A stretch of 64,000 bases of DNA from the IMG/VR virus record IMGVR_UViG_3300045988_120652; one strand, given 5' to 3'. Made by a program: the position numbers and the translations under genes. The notes under the pieces were generated by a model that saw only the letters and a list, made by a program, of their open reading frames with translations, ran no database searches and was not told the DNA's origin. Source of the stretch: a virus. This document shows positions 45,685 through 54,258 of this stretch, in pieces; position 1 is the first letter of the stretch, and every line of letters starts with the position of its first letter.

Positions 45685-46467
45685 ATGAAAAAGATTGTAA
45701 GAGGTAATGATTTTACGCTTCGCATCCCGGTGCGTAAAATCGTGGGTGGGCAGACGGAAAAATTTCCGCTGCCTGCCTGTGAGGAGGTGGAGGTGAACCT
45801 TGTGAATGCCTTCAGGCGCAGAAAGCTGACGTTCGCGATTAGTGCGGAAGACGACTCGCTGATAGAGGCTACGGTGCGAAGCTCGGAAATGGCACTCGGC
45901 TCATACGCCCTGGAGGTACACGGAAAGCTGTTCGGCTGTTCTTGGCGCAGTAACGAGTATGAGCAGATTATGCTCGTGGACAATAATGCCAAGGGTGATA
46001 CGGCGTTTGGCGAGGTGATAGAGGGCGAGGACTCGGTGGAGATGGACACGGCTATCGTTGTGCTGCCTCCGAGCGTGGAGCTGGGCAAGCTGATTGAGAG
46101 CGCTGGCGAGGCTATCGGCAAGGTGGACGCTAAACTGAGCGAGGTGGACGTGCGCATAGACAAGGCTGTAGGGGATGCTGGCGCTGCTACCATATCGGCT
46201 AATACCGCTGCCGGATATGCTAACGAGCAGGGCGACCGTGCCAAGGCGCTGGCTGACCATCCGAACATCATCGGTGAGGACGGATATTGGATGAAGTGGA
46301 ATGAGGAGACGGGAGAATATGAAAAAACAGACAAATACTCCAAGGGTTCGTTTGATTACCCGACGTTTGACGTGGTAGAAGGTAAGCTGATTGCCTGTAT
46401 CACGGAGGGCGATATGGACAGATTCAAATTGTCGGAAGAAGGACATCTGCTCGTAGCACAGAACTAA
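45685..46467 (+). CDS. Tail fibre-associated protein
   Basis: 260-aa ORF between two fibre genes. Confidence 0.45.
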   Translation: MKKIVRGNDFTLRIPVRKIVGGQTEKFPLPACEEVEVNLVNAFRRRKLTFAISAEDDSLIEATVRSSEMALGSYALEVHGKLFGCSWRSNEYEQIMLVDNNAKGDTAFGEVIEGEDSVEMDTAIVVLPPSVELGKLIESAGEAIGKVDAKLSEVDVRIDKAVGDAGAATISANTAAGYANEQGDRAKALADHPNIIGEDGYWMKWNEETGEYEKTDKYSKGSFDYPTFDVVEGKLIACITEGDMDRFKLSEEGHLLVAQN

Positions 46468-46494
46468 TACGAAGAACGATTTTTATAATAACAA

Positions 46495-49194
46495 GTGAAT
46501 ATGGAAAAGAAGTACATTGACATGGGTAGTGTCGGCATGCACCCTAAAGGGGCATACGACGCGAGTGTGACTTACTGTAAGCTACAGCTTGTGACGCACG
46601 GCGGCAACACCTATCTGAGCAAGGCGGACGGCAACATCGGGCACGAGCCTGTGGGTGAGGACGAGTGGTGGAGCCTGCTCGTGGACGCTAAGAGCGCTCA
46701 CGACGGTGCTCAGAGTGCGCAGGAGGCTGCGGAAGCGGCTAACGCTGCCGCCCAGACTGCTAATGACAAGGCTGCGGAAGCTGCCCAGGCTGCGGAGAGC
46801 GTGACTACTGCTACGGCAGGGCTACAGGCTGCTTTGGACAAGGTGGATGCAGCGGCTACGGCTGCGACTTCGGCTTCGGCTTCGGCACAGGCTCAGGCAA
46901 GCCGTGCGCAGGAGGCTGCTGAGCAGGGCGAAGCTCTCAACCTACAGCTTACCGACACGCTGCGTAAGGCTAAGGCGGAGGTGGATAAGGCTGTGGCTAT
47001 TAACAATACGGCAACAGCTAATGAGCAGGAGCGCGTGAAGGCTGAGCATGAGCGTGCAGATGCCAGCCAGCAGGCTGTGATGAACGCTAACACGGCTGCT
47101 GATTCTGCAAATACTGCTGCCGAGAAGGCTAACGGAGGCGCAGAAAAGGTGTCTGCTGCGGTAACTGCTGCCAGCAACGTTAACGCGACTCTTGCTGACG
47201 ACGGATTGCTGACTGTGACTAATCGCAACGGTGAGAGTAAAAGCGTGAAAGTAGGTGAAGGCGAGAAGGTGAACCAGCTTGTAGCGGACATGAAGGAGAC
47301 TAAGGAGGCTGTGGCACAGAACGCTGCGGACATTGCCGAACTGAAGGAGAACGTTAAGGACTACTATGTAGGCGAGAACGACGAGGTGACGGGCGACCCT
47401 CACTTCAAGAACTGCAAGGGCAACAAGGATTTCTTGGGCGAATGGCATCCGTTCCTTATCGACCATACCGACAACACTGGCGAGGCTACACACCCCGTAG
47501 GTCAGCTGATGGACAATAATCACTTCCGCTTTGTGTCGGGTGCGTTTGCGCCTACCGTTGGTATTACAGAGGAAATGCGTGCTGCGTGTGATGTACAACT
47601 CTATACCGATGCCGAGCACACTACCCCACTGACACTGAAAAATGGTGTCGTCGTTACTGATAAGGCTGGCGCACATCCTTACGATGCAACAGAGGTGTAC
47701 AACTCGCTTGGTTTGGTAGACTTGTACGACGGCGAGGGTAACAAGGTGCGTCAGTTATTGCCTTGGGAGACCACAGAGACCAAGTATTCGGTGATGATTG
47801 GTCGCTACGACACCCTATATCCAGTAGACCGCCAGACAGGCGAGAGCGGTAAGGTGCTGTCGGGTATATTCAAGCGTCAGGTGCGCTACGACGGCATTGA
47901 TACGGGCAAATACCCGTTGCTTGGTACGGCATTGGCACCATGCCTGGTGACGACAGTGGGCAACAAGACACGCAACTTCTTCTTTGCGTATGCGGTAGGT
48001 GACGCTAATACTGCAAGCGGTGCGAGCTCAGCAGGCGCGGACATGTGCTCGATGTTTGACGGAGAGGACAGGACTTATCCGCGGTACAGTATTAACCAGA
48101 TGAGTGACATGCAGTACGCACGAGCTAACAATGCTGACGTAAATGCACCAGTGCCGTTTGCCGAAGGCGGTTATCACGCTATCAACACCTTCACGTTGTG
48201 CATGGAACTGCTTTATGGTACAAAGTATCTGCATGACAAGAACTTGTTCGGCTCGGGAATATCGAGCAACGACTCATGTGCATCGGCGGATGACTGGATG
48301 AATAACGGTGGCGTGAGGGTGCGCGAGAAAGGCACTACAGACTGGACATATAAAAAATGGGGCGACCAAACGCCGTTTGGCGTAAAGTCGGATATGAGCA
48401 AGGTTGGTTTTTCGAACTTTGTCAATCAGGAGAAACCGAAGGAGCAGTGTATGGAGAGTCAGATGGCAGCATCGTGGGCTGTGGAATTTGGCATAGCAGA
48501 AGATACGGAGTATGAGGCATACGGACAGACGTATCGCTACAGAAATGTGACAGGAGTAAAGGGACTGGCTGACGGCGTGATGAACTGCAAGGTGTATCGC
48601 ATCAAGACAGGTGCGTGTATGGGTTATAAGGCTGCGGACAGTAAGGTTGAGTATGACTGTGAGTTGTGTCTACGTCTTAGTCTTGTACATGGTATGAACC
48701 TAAGCGGAGACGTGTTCGGCTACTGGGGCGGCGGCATGGAAATGGTGGGCACGGGAAAGCAGCAGGAGAATACTATCCAGGACAAGATAAAGAACACCTA
48801 CATAGACTTCTACCTTGAGCCAAAACAGAAGAACTGGCTCATGGAAAATAAAACCACCCTTAGCGACTTCAAGACGTTTGCATTTGAGGGCGTGTATGCC
48901 AAGATAGGCACGTTCGGACCTCCAATATTAGGCGGCGGTTACTTCAAGAAGCGTATGGGGCTAACTCCTTACAAGACGGAGAACGGCGGAAATATAGATT
49001 CTTATCAATGCTGCTACGGATGGGCAGAACCGTATTGGCTTGACCGATACGGGCAGCGCGTTCGTATAGCCGTGCGCTTTCGTGGCTTTGCGTCTGCTGC
49101 GTATTGTTCGCCTCGGTTTCTGTATGCGTACTACTCGGCTGCTCATACGTCCGTGTCTTATGGCGGTTCTGCCCAGTGTCGCATCGTGCAATAG
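46495..49194 (+). CDS. Tail fibre / receptor-binding protein carrying the DGR variable region at its C-terminus (likely start ATG 46501)
   Basis: Ala/Gln/Glu-rich coiled N-terminal part. The C-terminal 38 codons are the VR (RFRGFASAAYCSPRFLYAYYSAAHTSVSYGGSAQC), which corresponds to the TR-encoded RFRGNANNANCSPRYLNANNSAANTNVNNGGSAQR. Confidence 0.8.
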   Translation: MNMEKKYIDMGSVGMHPKGAYDASVTYCKLQLVTHGGNTYLSKADGNIGHEPVGEDEWWSLLVDAKSAHDGAQSAQEAAEAANAAAQTANDKAAEAAQAAESVTTATAGLQAALDKVDAAATAATSASASAQAQASRAQEAAEQGEALNLQLTDTLRKAKAEVDKAVAINNTATANEQERVKAEHERADASQQAVMNANTAADSANTAAEKANGGAEKVSAAVTAASNVNATLADDGLLTVTNRNGESKSVKVGEGEKVNQLVADMKETKEAVAQNAADIAELKENVKDYYVGENDEVTGDPHFKNCKGNKDFLGEWHPFLIDHTDNTGEATHPVGQLMDNNHFRFVSGAFAPTVGITEEMRAACDVQLYTDAEHTTPLTLKNGVVVTDKAGAHPYDATEVYNSLGLVDLYDGEGNKVRQLLPWETTETKYSVMIGRYDTLYPVDRQTGESGKVLSGIFKRQVRYDGIDTGKYPLLGTALAPCLVTTVGNKTRNFFFAYAVGDANTASGASSAGADMCSMFDGEDRTYPRYSINQMSDMQYARANNADVNAPVPFAEGGYHAINTFTLCMELLYGTKYLHDKNLFGSGISSNDSCASADDWMNNGGVRVREKGTTDWTYKKWGDQTPFGVKSDMSKVGFSNFVNQEKPKEQCMESQMAASWAVEFGIAEDTEYEAYGQTYRYRNVTGVKGLADGVMNCKVYRIKTGACMGYKAADSKVEYDCELCLRLSLVHGMNLSGDVFGYWGGGMEMVGTGKQQENTIQDKIKNTYIDFYLEPKQKNWLMENKTTLSDFKTFAFEGVYAKIGTFGPPILGGGYFKKRMGLTPYKTENGGNIDSYQCCYGWAEPYWLDRYGQRVRIAVRFRGFASAAYCSPRFLYAYYSAAHTSVSYGGSAQCRIVQ
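49068..49181 (+). repeat. DGR variable region (VR)
   Basis: 114-nt alignment with TR 49424-49537. There are 19 differences, and at 18 of them the TR base is A, mostly at positions 1-2 of AAY codons in the VR reading frame. The remaining one is C in TR versus T in VR. Confidence 0.9.
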
Positions 49195-49202
49195 GCGCAG
49201 CC

Positions 49203-49236
49203 GGGTGCAACCCAGTGCAGCGCGGTGCAACCGCGC
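49203..49236 (+). promoter_or_regulatory. Hairpins just downstream of VR (GGTGCAACC x2); candidate DGR homing-enhancing structure
   Basis: GGGT-GCA-ACCC (49203-49213) and GCGCGG-TGCAA-CCGCGC (49220-49236), 22-55 nt after the end of the VR homology. Confidence 0.5.
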
Positions 49237-49423
49237 CATGTCTTTGGCAATCAGAAACAAAATTAGTAACTTTATAGTGGTTTAAAAGATAGAATAAAAT
49301 GAATCAAGACAAAATATTTCCTCAAAAACAGGACAAGCTCAGCATGAGGGCCGAAGCCTCTGAAGCCTGCATGAGAGGTGACGCTATCCATATAGATGAT
49401 AGCTAAAGAGGTTGGTGTCTCCG

Positions 49424-49537
49424 AGCCGTGCGCTTTCGTGGCAATGCGAATAATGCGAATTGTTCGCCTCGGTATCTGAATGCGAACAACTCGGCTGCTA
49501 ATACGAACGTGAATAATGGCGGTTCTGCCCAACGTCG
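49424..49537 (+). repeat. DGR template region (TR)
   Basis: Adenine-rich counterpart of VR, lying in non-coding sequence 226 nt upstream of the RT gene. Confidence 0.9.
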
Positions 49538-49763
49538 GGCATCATAAATGATGCAGAACTAAGAACACGGGAACACCACTCTCGCTCAGGAGAAGCAGAA
49601 AATATCAAAGACAAGGGATGTGAGCGTAGCACGATGGCTGTACGTGATGCGGCGAACGTGACCGAGAGACATCCTGACGGGCAGACAGTCCCGTCAACCT
49701 TTTAAGCCCGACACTGAATATCAACAGCGGAGAAATCCGCATAAAAACATATATATAACAAAC

Positions 49764-51152
49764 GTGCATAGACCTAACTACATCCCCTTCACTGCCGACG
49801 ACTACATAAAGGCTGTGTGGAGTGCCGCAAAAGGCAGAAAGAAAAGACCCGAGGTAAAGGAGGCATTGAAGGATGTAAAAGGGCTATGCGCAAGTATTGA
49901 ACAACATCTCAAAGATGGAAGCTGGCATGAGGACATCAAGTACCGGAAGCTGACCAAGGTGAACAACAACAAGAAGGTGAGGCATATCGACGCGCCTACG
50001 TTCAGAACTTTAGTGTATGAACATCTGCTGAAGAACAAGTTGGAGCCGATATACCGCAGACGCGACCCGTTGGTGTCGATTAACTGCAAGGAAGGATGCG
50101 GAATAACACCATCGGCGAAGCACAAGGAACTGAAAAGCCACTATGTGCTGCCAAGAGTGAAGCACCTGTTCTACGACCTGCGGGATATGGACTGGGTAGT
50201 GACTGCCGACCAACGTCAATGCTACGCTCACGTGAAGCCGAGCGTACTGCGCAAGGAACTGAAATATCTTATTGGCGACAAGTGGCTGATAGACTTCGCT
50301 GTGGAGCTGTGCTTTGTTGACGGGCAGTTGCCTGTAGGCACACCTACGAGTCCGCTGGCTCACCACATACTGATGCTGAGATTCCATGAATGGCTGTGCC
50401 GAAACACCGAATGGCGGCTGTGCTATGCCGACAACTGCATGGTAGCTTGCCGGACGAAGGAAGAAGCACAACAGATGAAGTGGCGAATAAGGCAGTATTG
50501 GTGGTATGAGCTGAAGATGAGGGCGAAGCGTACAGATACGAAGGTTGCTAATATCAACGACGGTAGAGGGATTGACTTCTGCGGTTATAGGGTGATACGC
50601 AACGCCGACAAGAACGTGACAGACTCGAACAAGGGATATTGCCTTATACGCAAGGGCACATTGCTGAGAGCAAGGATGTGTAACAACGACAATTCGTGGG
50701 GCAGCTACTTCGGACTGATGCGGCACACGGACGGATTCGGAGAGATGGTAAAAATAGAAAAGGAGATGAAGTTAAGAGAACTGACAAAAAAGATTCGCAT
50801 AGACCGCAAGATGGACGCTCCGAATATCAAGCCTCTGGAGTTGGCACGTAGCGGACAGGCGTTCACGGTGTTCGATTACGAGATACGCAAGAGCGAGAAG
50901 TCGGGCGAGCCTAACTGGATTAAGATGCTGATAGGTATGCCGGAGGTGACCGAAGACGGCGAGCTTACGGGCAAGATTGTTGCCAGGGAGGTGCATGGTG
51001 GAATGATGGGCATTGTGGCTTGGATGGTGGCAGCGGAGCAGGAGTATGGCAAGAAGACCTTGCTGCCGTTGGAGGACGTGAGGATTGTGGACGAGTGCGG
51101 ATATATCTTTGAAGGCTCGACTAATCAGATGCAGTACATTGATGAATGTTGA
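49764..51152 (+). CDS. Reverse transcriptase (DGR-associated, divergent; GTG start)
   Basis: RT-like blocks are DQRQCYAHVKPSVLRKEL (motif 2-like), QLPVGTPTSPLAHHIL (motif 4-like) and RLCYADNCMVAC (motif 5, YADN in place of YxDD). A C-terminal extension of about 140 aa follows. The gene is adjacent to the TR. Confidence 0.8.
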   Translation: MHRPNYIPFTADDYIKAVWSAAKGRKKRPEVKEALKDVKGLCASIEQHLKDGSWHEDIKYRKLTKVNNNKKVRHIDAPTFRTLVYEHLLKNKLEPIYRRRDPLVSINCKEGCGITPSAKHKELKSHYVLPRVKHLFYDLRDMDWVVTADQRQCYAHVKPSVLRKELKYLIGDKWLIDFAVELCFVDGQLPVGTPTSPLAHHILMLRFHEWLCRNTEWRLCYADNCMVACRTKEEAQQMKWRIRQYWWYELKMRAKRTDTKVANINDGRGIDFCGYRVIRNADKNVTDSNKGYCLIRKGTLLRARMCNNDNSWGSYFGLMRHTDGFGEMVKIEKEMKLRELTKKIRIDRKMDAPNIKPLELARSGQAFTVFDYEIRKSEKSGEPNWIKMLIGMPEVTEDGELTGKIVAREVHGGMMGIVAWMVAAEQEYGKKTLLPLEDVRIVDECGYIFEGSTNQMQYIDEC

Positions 51153-51189
51153 GTGTTGAATTTTAAATGTTTAATGTTAATTTTTTATT

Positions 51190-51774
51190 ATGGAGAAGTA
51201 TTATTTTGACGAGGCACAGCCGAGACTGACTGTTGGCGACGGTGTCGTTCTGCTGCTTATCAACGGCAAGGAAGAGACGGAGTTTTCGGACGGTATGCCT
51301 GACGAGAACGGAATGGCGACTACCGAAGCGGTGGTGCGCAAGGTGTGGGTATATGACGGTGTGCGCCTGGAGACGGGCGGCATGACATCGGAGGCTGCGC
51401 TTACTGCTGCGGCACAGAAGATGGTGTTGGCGGAGATTGAGAAGTACGACACGTCTCCTGCTGTAAACAGCTTCATCCTTAACAGACAGCGTGTGTGGCT
51501 GGACAAGGCGACTCGTGTGGGACTGATGAACTCTACTACTATCGCTAAGGCTATGGGACAGCCTACTACTACGCTGTGGCTTGGCGATGCGAAGCTGGTG
51601 GTGGAGTGCGACAAGGCGATACAGTTGCTCTCGGCACTGGAGATGTATGCTCTGGAGTGCTTTAATGTTACGGCTGCGCATAAGAAGGCGGTAGCGGAAA
51701 TGAGCACGGTGGAGAGTGTACTGGGGTATGACTATACGAAGGGGTACCCAGAGGTGCTGACGATGAACGTTTAA
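51190..51774 (+). CDS. DUF4376-like protein (possible tail fibre assembly/chaperone)
   Basis: The C-terminal pattern ...LECFNVTAAHKKAVAEMSTVESVLGYDYTKGYP resembles the DUF4376 ending (HK..I..L.T.EEL..YD...GWP). This is from memory only. Confidence 0.4.
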   Translation: MEKYYFDEAQPRLTVGDGVVLLLINGKEETEFSDGMPDENGMATTEAVVRKVWVYDGVRLETGGMTSEAALTAAAQKMVLAEIEKYDTSPAVNSFILNRQRVWLDKATRVGLMNSTTIAKAMGQPTTTLWLGDAKLVVECDKAIQLLSALEMYALECFNVTAAHKKAVAEMSTVESVLGYDYTKGYPEVLTMNV

Positions 51775-51791
51775 CTTTTAACTTTAAGAAT

Positions 51792-52265
51792 ATGGTAGTA
51801 TTGAGTTTTATTGCGGCATTGCTGTTTGTAGCTTTGCTGTACATAGTGATTAATAAGTATGGAGTGCCTGACATGGTATCGTCTATCTATTACTTGATGG
51901 GCAAGAAGGGTTGGGTGTTCCAAGTGGTGATGATGCTGTTTGGTGCAATGATGATGGTGTGCTTGCTCGACAGCGGACTGGGTGTGCCGTGCCTTGCTTT
52001 CTTGGCTTGTGCAGGGCTGATGTTCGTGGGTGCTGTGCCGAGGTTCCTGGATGAGAGCGAGAGGAAGGTGCATAAGACGGGTGCTATCGTGTCGGCTGTG
52101 GCGAGCGTAGGCTGGTGTCTGACGGTGGATTGGAAGATTGTGGTTGCACTGTTGGGGTGGTATGCAGTGTTCTGGGCGTGTAGGAGCGAGGACGACCATC
52201 CGTGGTTTATGGCGGAGATAACGGCTGTATGGATGGTATTGTTGACGTACTGGAGCGTATTCTGA
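51792..52265 (+). CDS. Multi-pass membrane protein, candidate holin
   Basis: 157 aa with about 4-5 hydrophobic segments, immediately upstream of the lysozyme gene. Confidence 0.45.
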   Translation: MVVLSFIAALLFVALLYIVINKYGVPDMVSSIYYLMGKKGWVFQVVMMLFGAMMMVCLLDSGLGVPCLAFLACAGLMFVGAVPRFLDESERKVHKTGAIVSAVASVGWCLTVDWKIVVALLGWYAVFWACRSEDDHPWFMAEITAVWMVLLTYWSVF

Positions 52266-52372
52266 ATGTTGAATTTTGAATGTTGAGTTTTGAATGGTGC
52301 GCCGTTGGCGCATGTTGAATTATTCAATTATGAATTGAGTTTTTTTGTGTTAAATTTTTAACTTATAAATTT

Positions 52373-52804
52373 ATGAAAGCAAGTGACGTATTGATTGAGA
52401 AGATTAAGCAGTTTGAAGGGTATCGGGCGAAGGCGTACCGATGCCCTGCTGGGGTGTGGACGTGTGGGTATGGGCATACCAAGGGTGTGACGGCTCGCAC
52501 GGTGTGCGACAAGAAGAAGGCGGAGGAGTGGCTGAGGGCTGACCTTGCTCCTATCGAGAGCTTCTTGTCTGCCGTGCCGGAGGTGTGTAAGTCGCAAGGA
52601 CGCTTTGACGCTTGTGCGGACTTCTGTTTCAATCTTGGTACGGGTGCGTTCCGTGGGGCTACGCTGTTTAAGCTGATACAGAAGAAGGCTTCGGTGGCTG
52701 CTATCCAGGCGGAGTTCTTGAAGTGGGTGTATGCCGGAGGTAGACAGATTGAAGGACTGAAGACGAGGAGACGGTGGGAAGCGGGACGCTTCGCGGAGTT
52801 TTGA
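52373..52804 (+). CDS. Endolysin, GH24 (T4/lambda-type) lysozyme
   Basis: IKQFEGYRAKAYRCPAGVWTCGYGHT aligns with T4 lysozyme [23 protein letters not shown]. The catalytic Glu and Thr26 equivalent are conserved, while Asp20 is replaced by Cys. Confidence 0.85.
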   Translation: MKASDVLIEKIKQFEGYRAKAYRCPAGVWTCGYGHTKGVTARTVCDKKKAEEWLRADLAPIESFLSAVPEVCKSQGRFDACADFCFNLGTGAFRGATLFKLIQKKASVAAIQAEFLKWVYAGGRQIEGLKTRRRWEAGRFAEF

Positions 52805-52874
52805 ATTTTGAGTTTTGAATTAGGAATTGGTCGCCTTTGGCGATTAGGAGTTATTAATTTTTGAGTTTTGAATT
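52801..52874 (+). repeat. Intergenic repeat family copy: TTGAATTTTGAGTTTTGAATTAGGAATTGG-TCGCC-TTT-GGCGA-TTAGGAG
   Basis: Related copies lie at 33830-33878 (inverted), 40806-40860, 52262-52330 (hairpin GCGCC-GTT-GGCGC) and 63976-64000. A degenerate copy lies at 51153-51189. Confidence 0.6.
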
Positions 52875-53117
52875 ATGGAGAATGTTATTACAAAGCTTGT
52901 GGATAAGGTGGGTAGCGATAAGGTGATGCACGTTGAGACGTGTGCGCTTATAGCTGTTGTGGCGAAAAGATGTTCGGGCAGTGTGGTGATAGGAGCTGCT
53001 GTTGCCCTTGGTGTAGGACTGCTTAAGGAGCTGTATGATGTGGCTACGGGAGAGGAGTTTGACATGAAGGACGTGGCGGCAGATGCTGTGGGAGCGGTAA
53101 TTGGAGCAACGATGTAA
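52875..53117 (+). CDS. Small membrane protein (lysis-cassette associated)
   Basis: 80-aa ORF with hydrophobic stretches and acidic residues (KELYDVATGEEFDMKDVAADAVGAVIGA). Confidence 0.4.
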   Translation: MENVITKLVDKVGSDKVMHVETCALIAVVAKRCSGSVVIGAAVALGVGLLKELYDVATGEEFDMKDVAADAVGAVIGATM

Positions 53118-53190
53118 AAAAGTAAAAGAGTAAAAAAGGTAAAAAAGTAAAAAGAGTAAAAAAGTAAAAAAGGCAAAAGGGTAAAAAATA
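53114..53190 (+). repeat. A-rich tandem repeat, about 9 units of GTAAAAAR (8-9 bp period)
   Basis: GTAAAAAA GTAAAAGA GTAAAAAAG GTAAAAAA GTAAAAAGA GTAAAAAA GTAAAAAAG GCAAAAGG GTAAAAAATAAGG. Confidence 0.8.
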
Positions 53191-53191
53191 A

Positions 53192-53217
53192 GGCTGCTGT
53201 CCTCACGGATAGCAGCC
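53192..53217. terminator. Bidirectional terminator hairpin (inverted member of the GTCC-GYGA-GGAT family)
   Basis: GGCTGCTGTCC-TCAC-GGATAGCAGCC, with an A-run upstream and TTT downstream. The loop is the reverse complement of the GTGA seen in the other copies. Confidence 0.65.
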
Positions 53218-53319
53218 TTTAAGTTTTTAACATTTTAAATACTTTATAGAATATGTAATTCTAATAAAATACTTGTGCAAAGGTACACATTTTTTCTTTC
53301 TCCTGCAAGACAGCTCGCA

Positions 53320-53889
53320 TTAATTGACAAGCATTGGTCCTGTATTGCGGCCTGTAAACGATATGTTGATGTCGCGGGCATAGTCGCCATTCTTTTCCGT
53401 CATTTCGTCAACGTGTAGCGTCACGCGGAACGTCTTTCTTCCATACTCGTCGCCTTTGTCGAGAGTCTTTATCTCCGCCCATGCGCCTTTGACAGGCTGG
53501 TTGTTGTCCCATGTGCTCAGTTCGTTCTTCTTGTATTCGGGCTGCCACTGCTCCTTCCATCCCCACACCGAAGCATTTACTTGCATCACTTCATAACGAC
53601 CGTCGTACATGTCGTTCTGCGGAGCATTATATACTATTATTCCTATTGTATAATAGTCGTTTTTGAAATTGCCTTCCATTGGGTCGCTATAGAGGGCGAA
53701 AAAACCCTTGCCGTAATTCTGTCCGTAACTCAACTGATGTACTGGCTTCTCCTTGAGAAGTTTTGAAAAAGCCGACTCCACCGGCACATATTCCTCTTCC
53801 TTGTCCTCGCCACTACTACAACTCGCTACACTTGCGCCCATGGCAAGCAGCATGGCTGACATGAACAAAAAACTGAAAATCTTTTTCAT
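53320..53889 (-). CDS. Lipoprotein (moron-like, minus strand)
   Basis: MKKIFSFLFMSAMLLAMGASVASCSSGEDKEEE has a lipobox (VASC). It is one of the few minus-strand genes. Confidence 0.7.
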   Translation of the reverse strand: MKKIFSFLFMSAMLLAMGASVASCSSGEDKEEEYVPVESAFSKLLKEKPVHQLSYGQNYGKGFFALYSDPMEGNFKNDYYTIGIIVYNAPQNDMYDGRYEVMQVNASVWGWKEQWQPEYKKNELSTWDNNQPVKGAWAEIKTLDKGDEYGRKTFRVTLHVDEMTEKNGDYARDINISFTGRNTGPMLVN

Positions 53890-53930
53890 TGTGAATTTAT
53901 TGTTTTTAGTTAATAATGTTATTTTTTTAA

Positions 53931-53998
53931 ACTACAGAGGACGCAGAGAACACGGATTGTGGGGTATTCGTGTCCTCTGTGCTCTCTGTAGTTTTTTT
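53931..53998. terminator. Long imperfect hairpin (CTACAGAGGACGCAGAGAACACG family) plus T-run
   Basis: Arms at 53931-53954 and 53969-53992, followed by TTTTTTT. Related to the hairpin at 28925-29009. Confidence 0.5.
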
Positions 53999-54258
53999 AC
54001 GCCACACCCCGATGTCCGATGTTTCACGCGCCTTTTTTATACCTTTAAAGGTGGAAAGTTCGGGGTGTCGGACTGGAGTGAACAATCAGTGAATAACAAG
54101 TGAATATGAAGTGAATATGCAGTGAATACGTTTTTGGACGTTTTCGGCTGCTTTTTCGGTCATTTTCGGTCGTTTTCTTGCGGAATGTTTCACGGATTCT
54201 CGTTGTCGGTCCACGCTCACGTTTTCCTGTATACTTTATGTTTAACATCTAAATCTTT

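Noticed and set aside
46847-47676. Alternative-frame and antisense ORFs in the Ala-rich 5' part of the DGR target gene
   Set aside because: GC-rich, alanine-codon-rich sequence generates long shadow ORFs. The + frame is continuous with the VR-bearing C-terminus.
52844-53206. A 120-aa minus-strand ORF rich in Phe/Leu/Thr
   Set aside because: Its composition is an artefact of translating the A-rich minisatellite and the antisense strand of gene 52875-53117.
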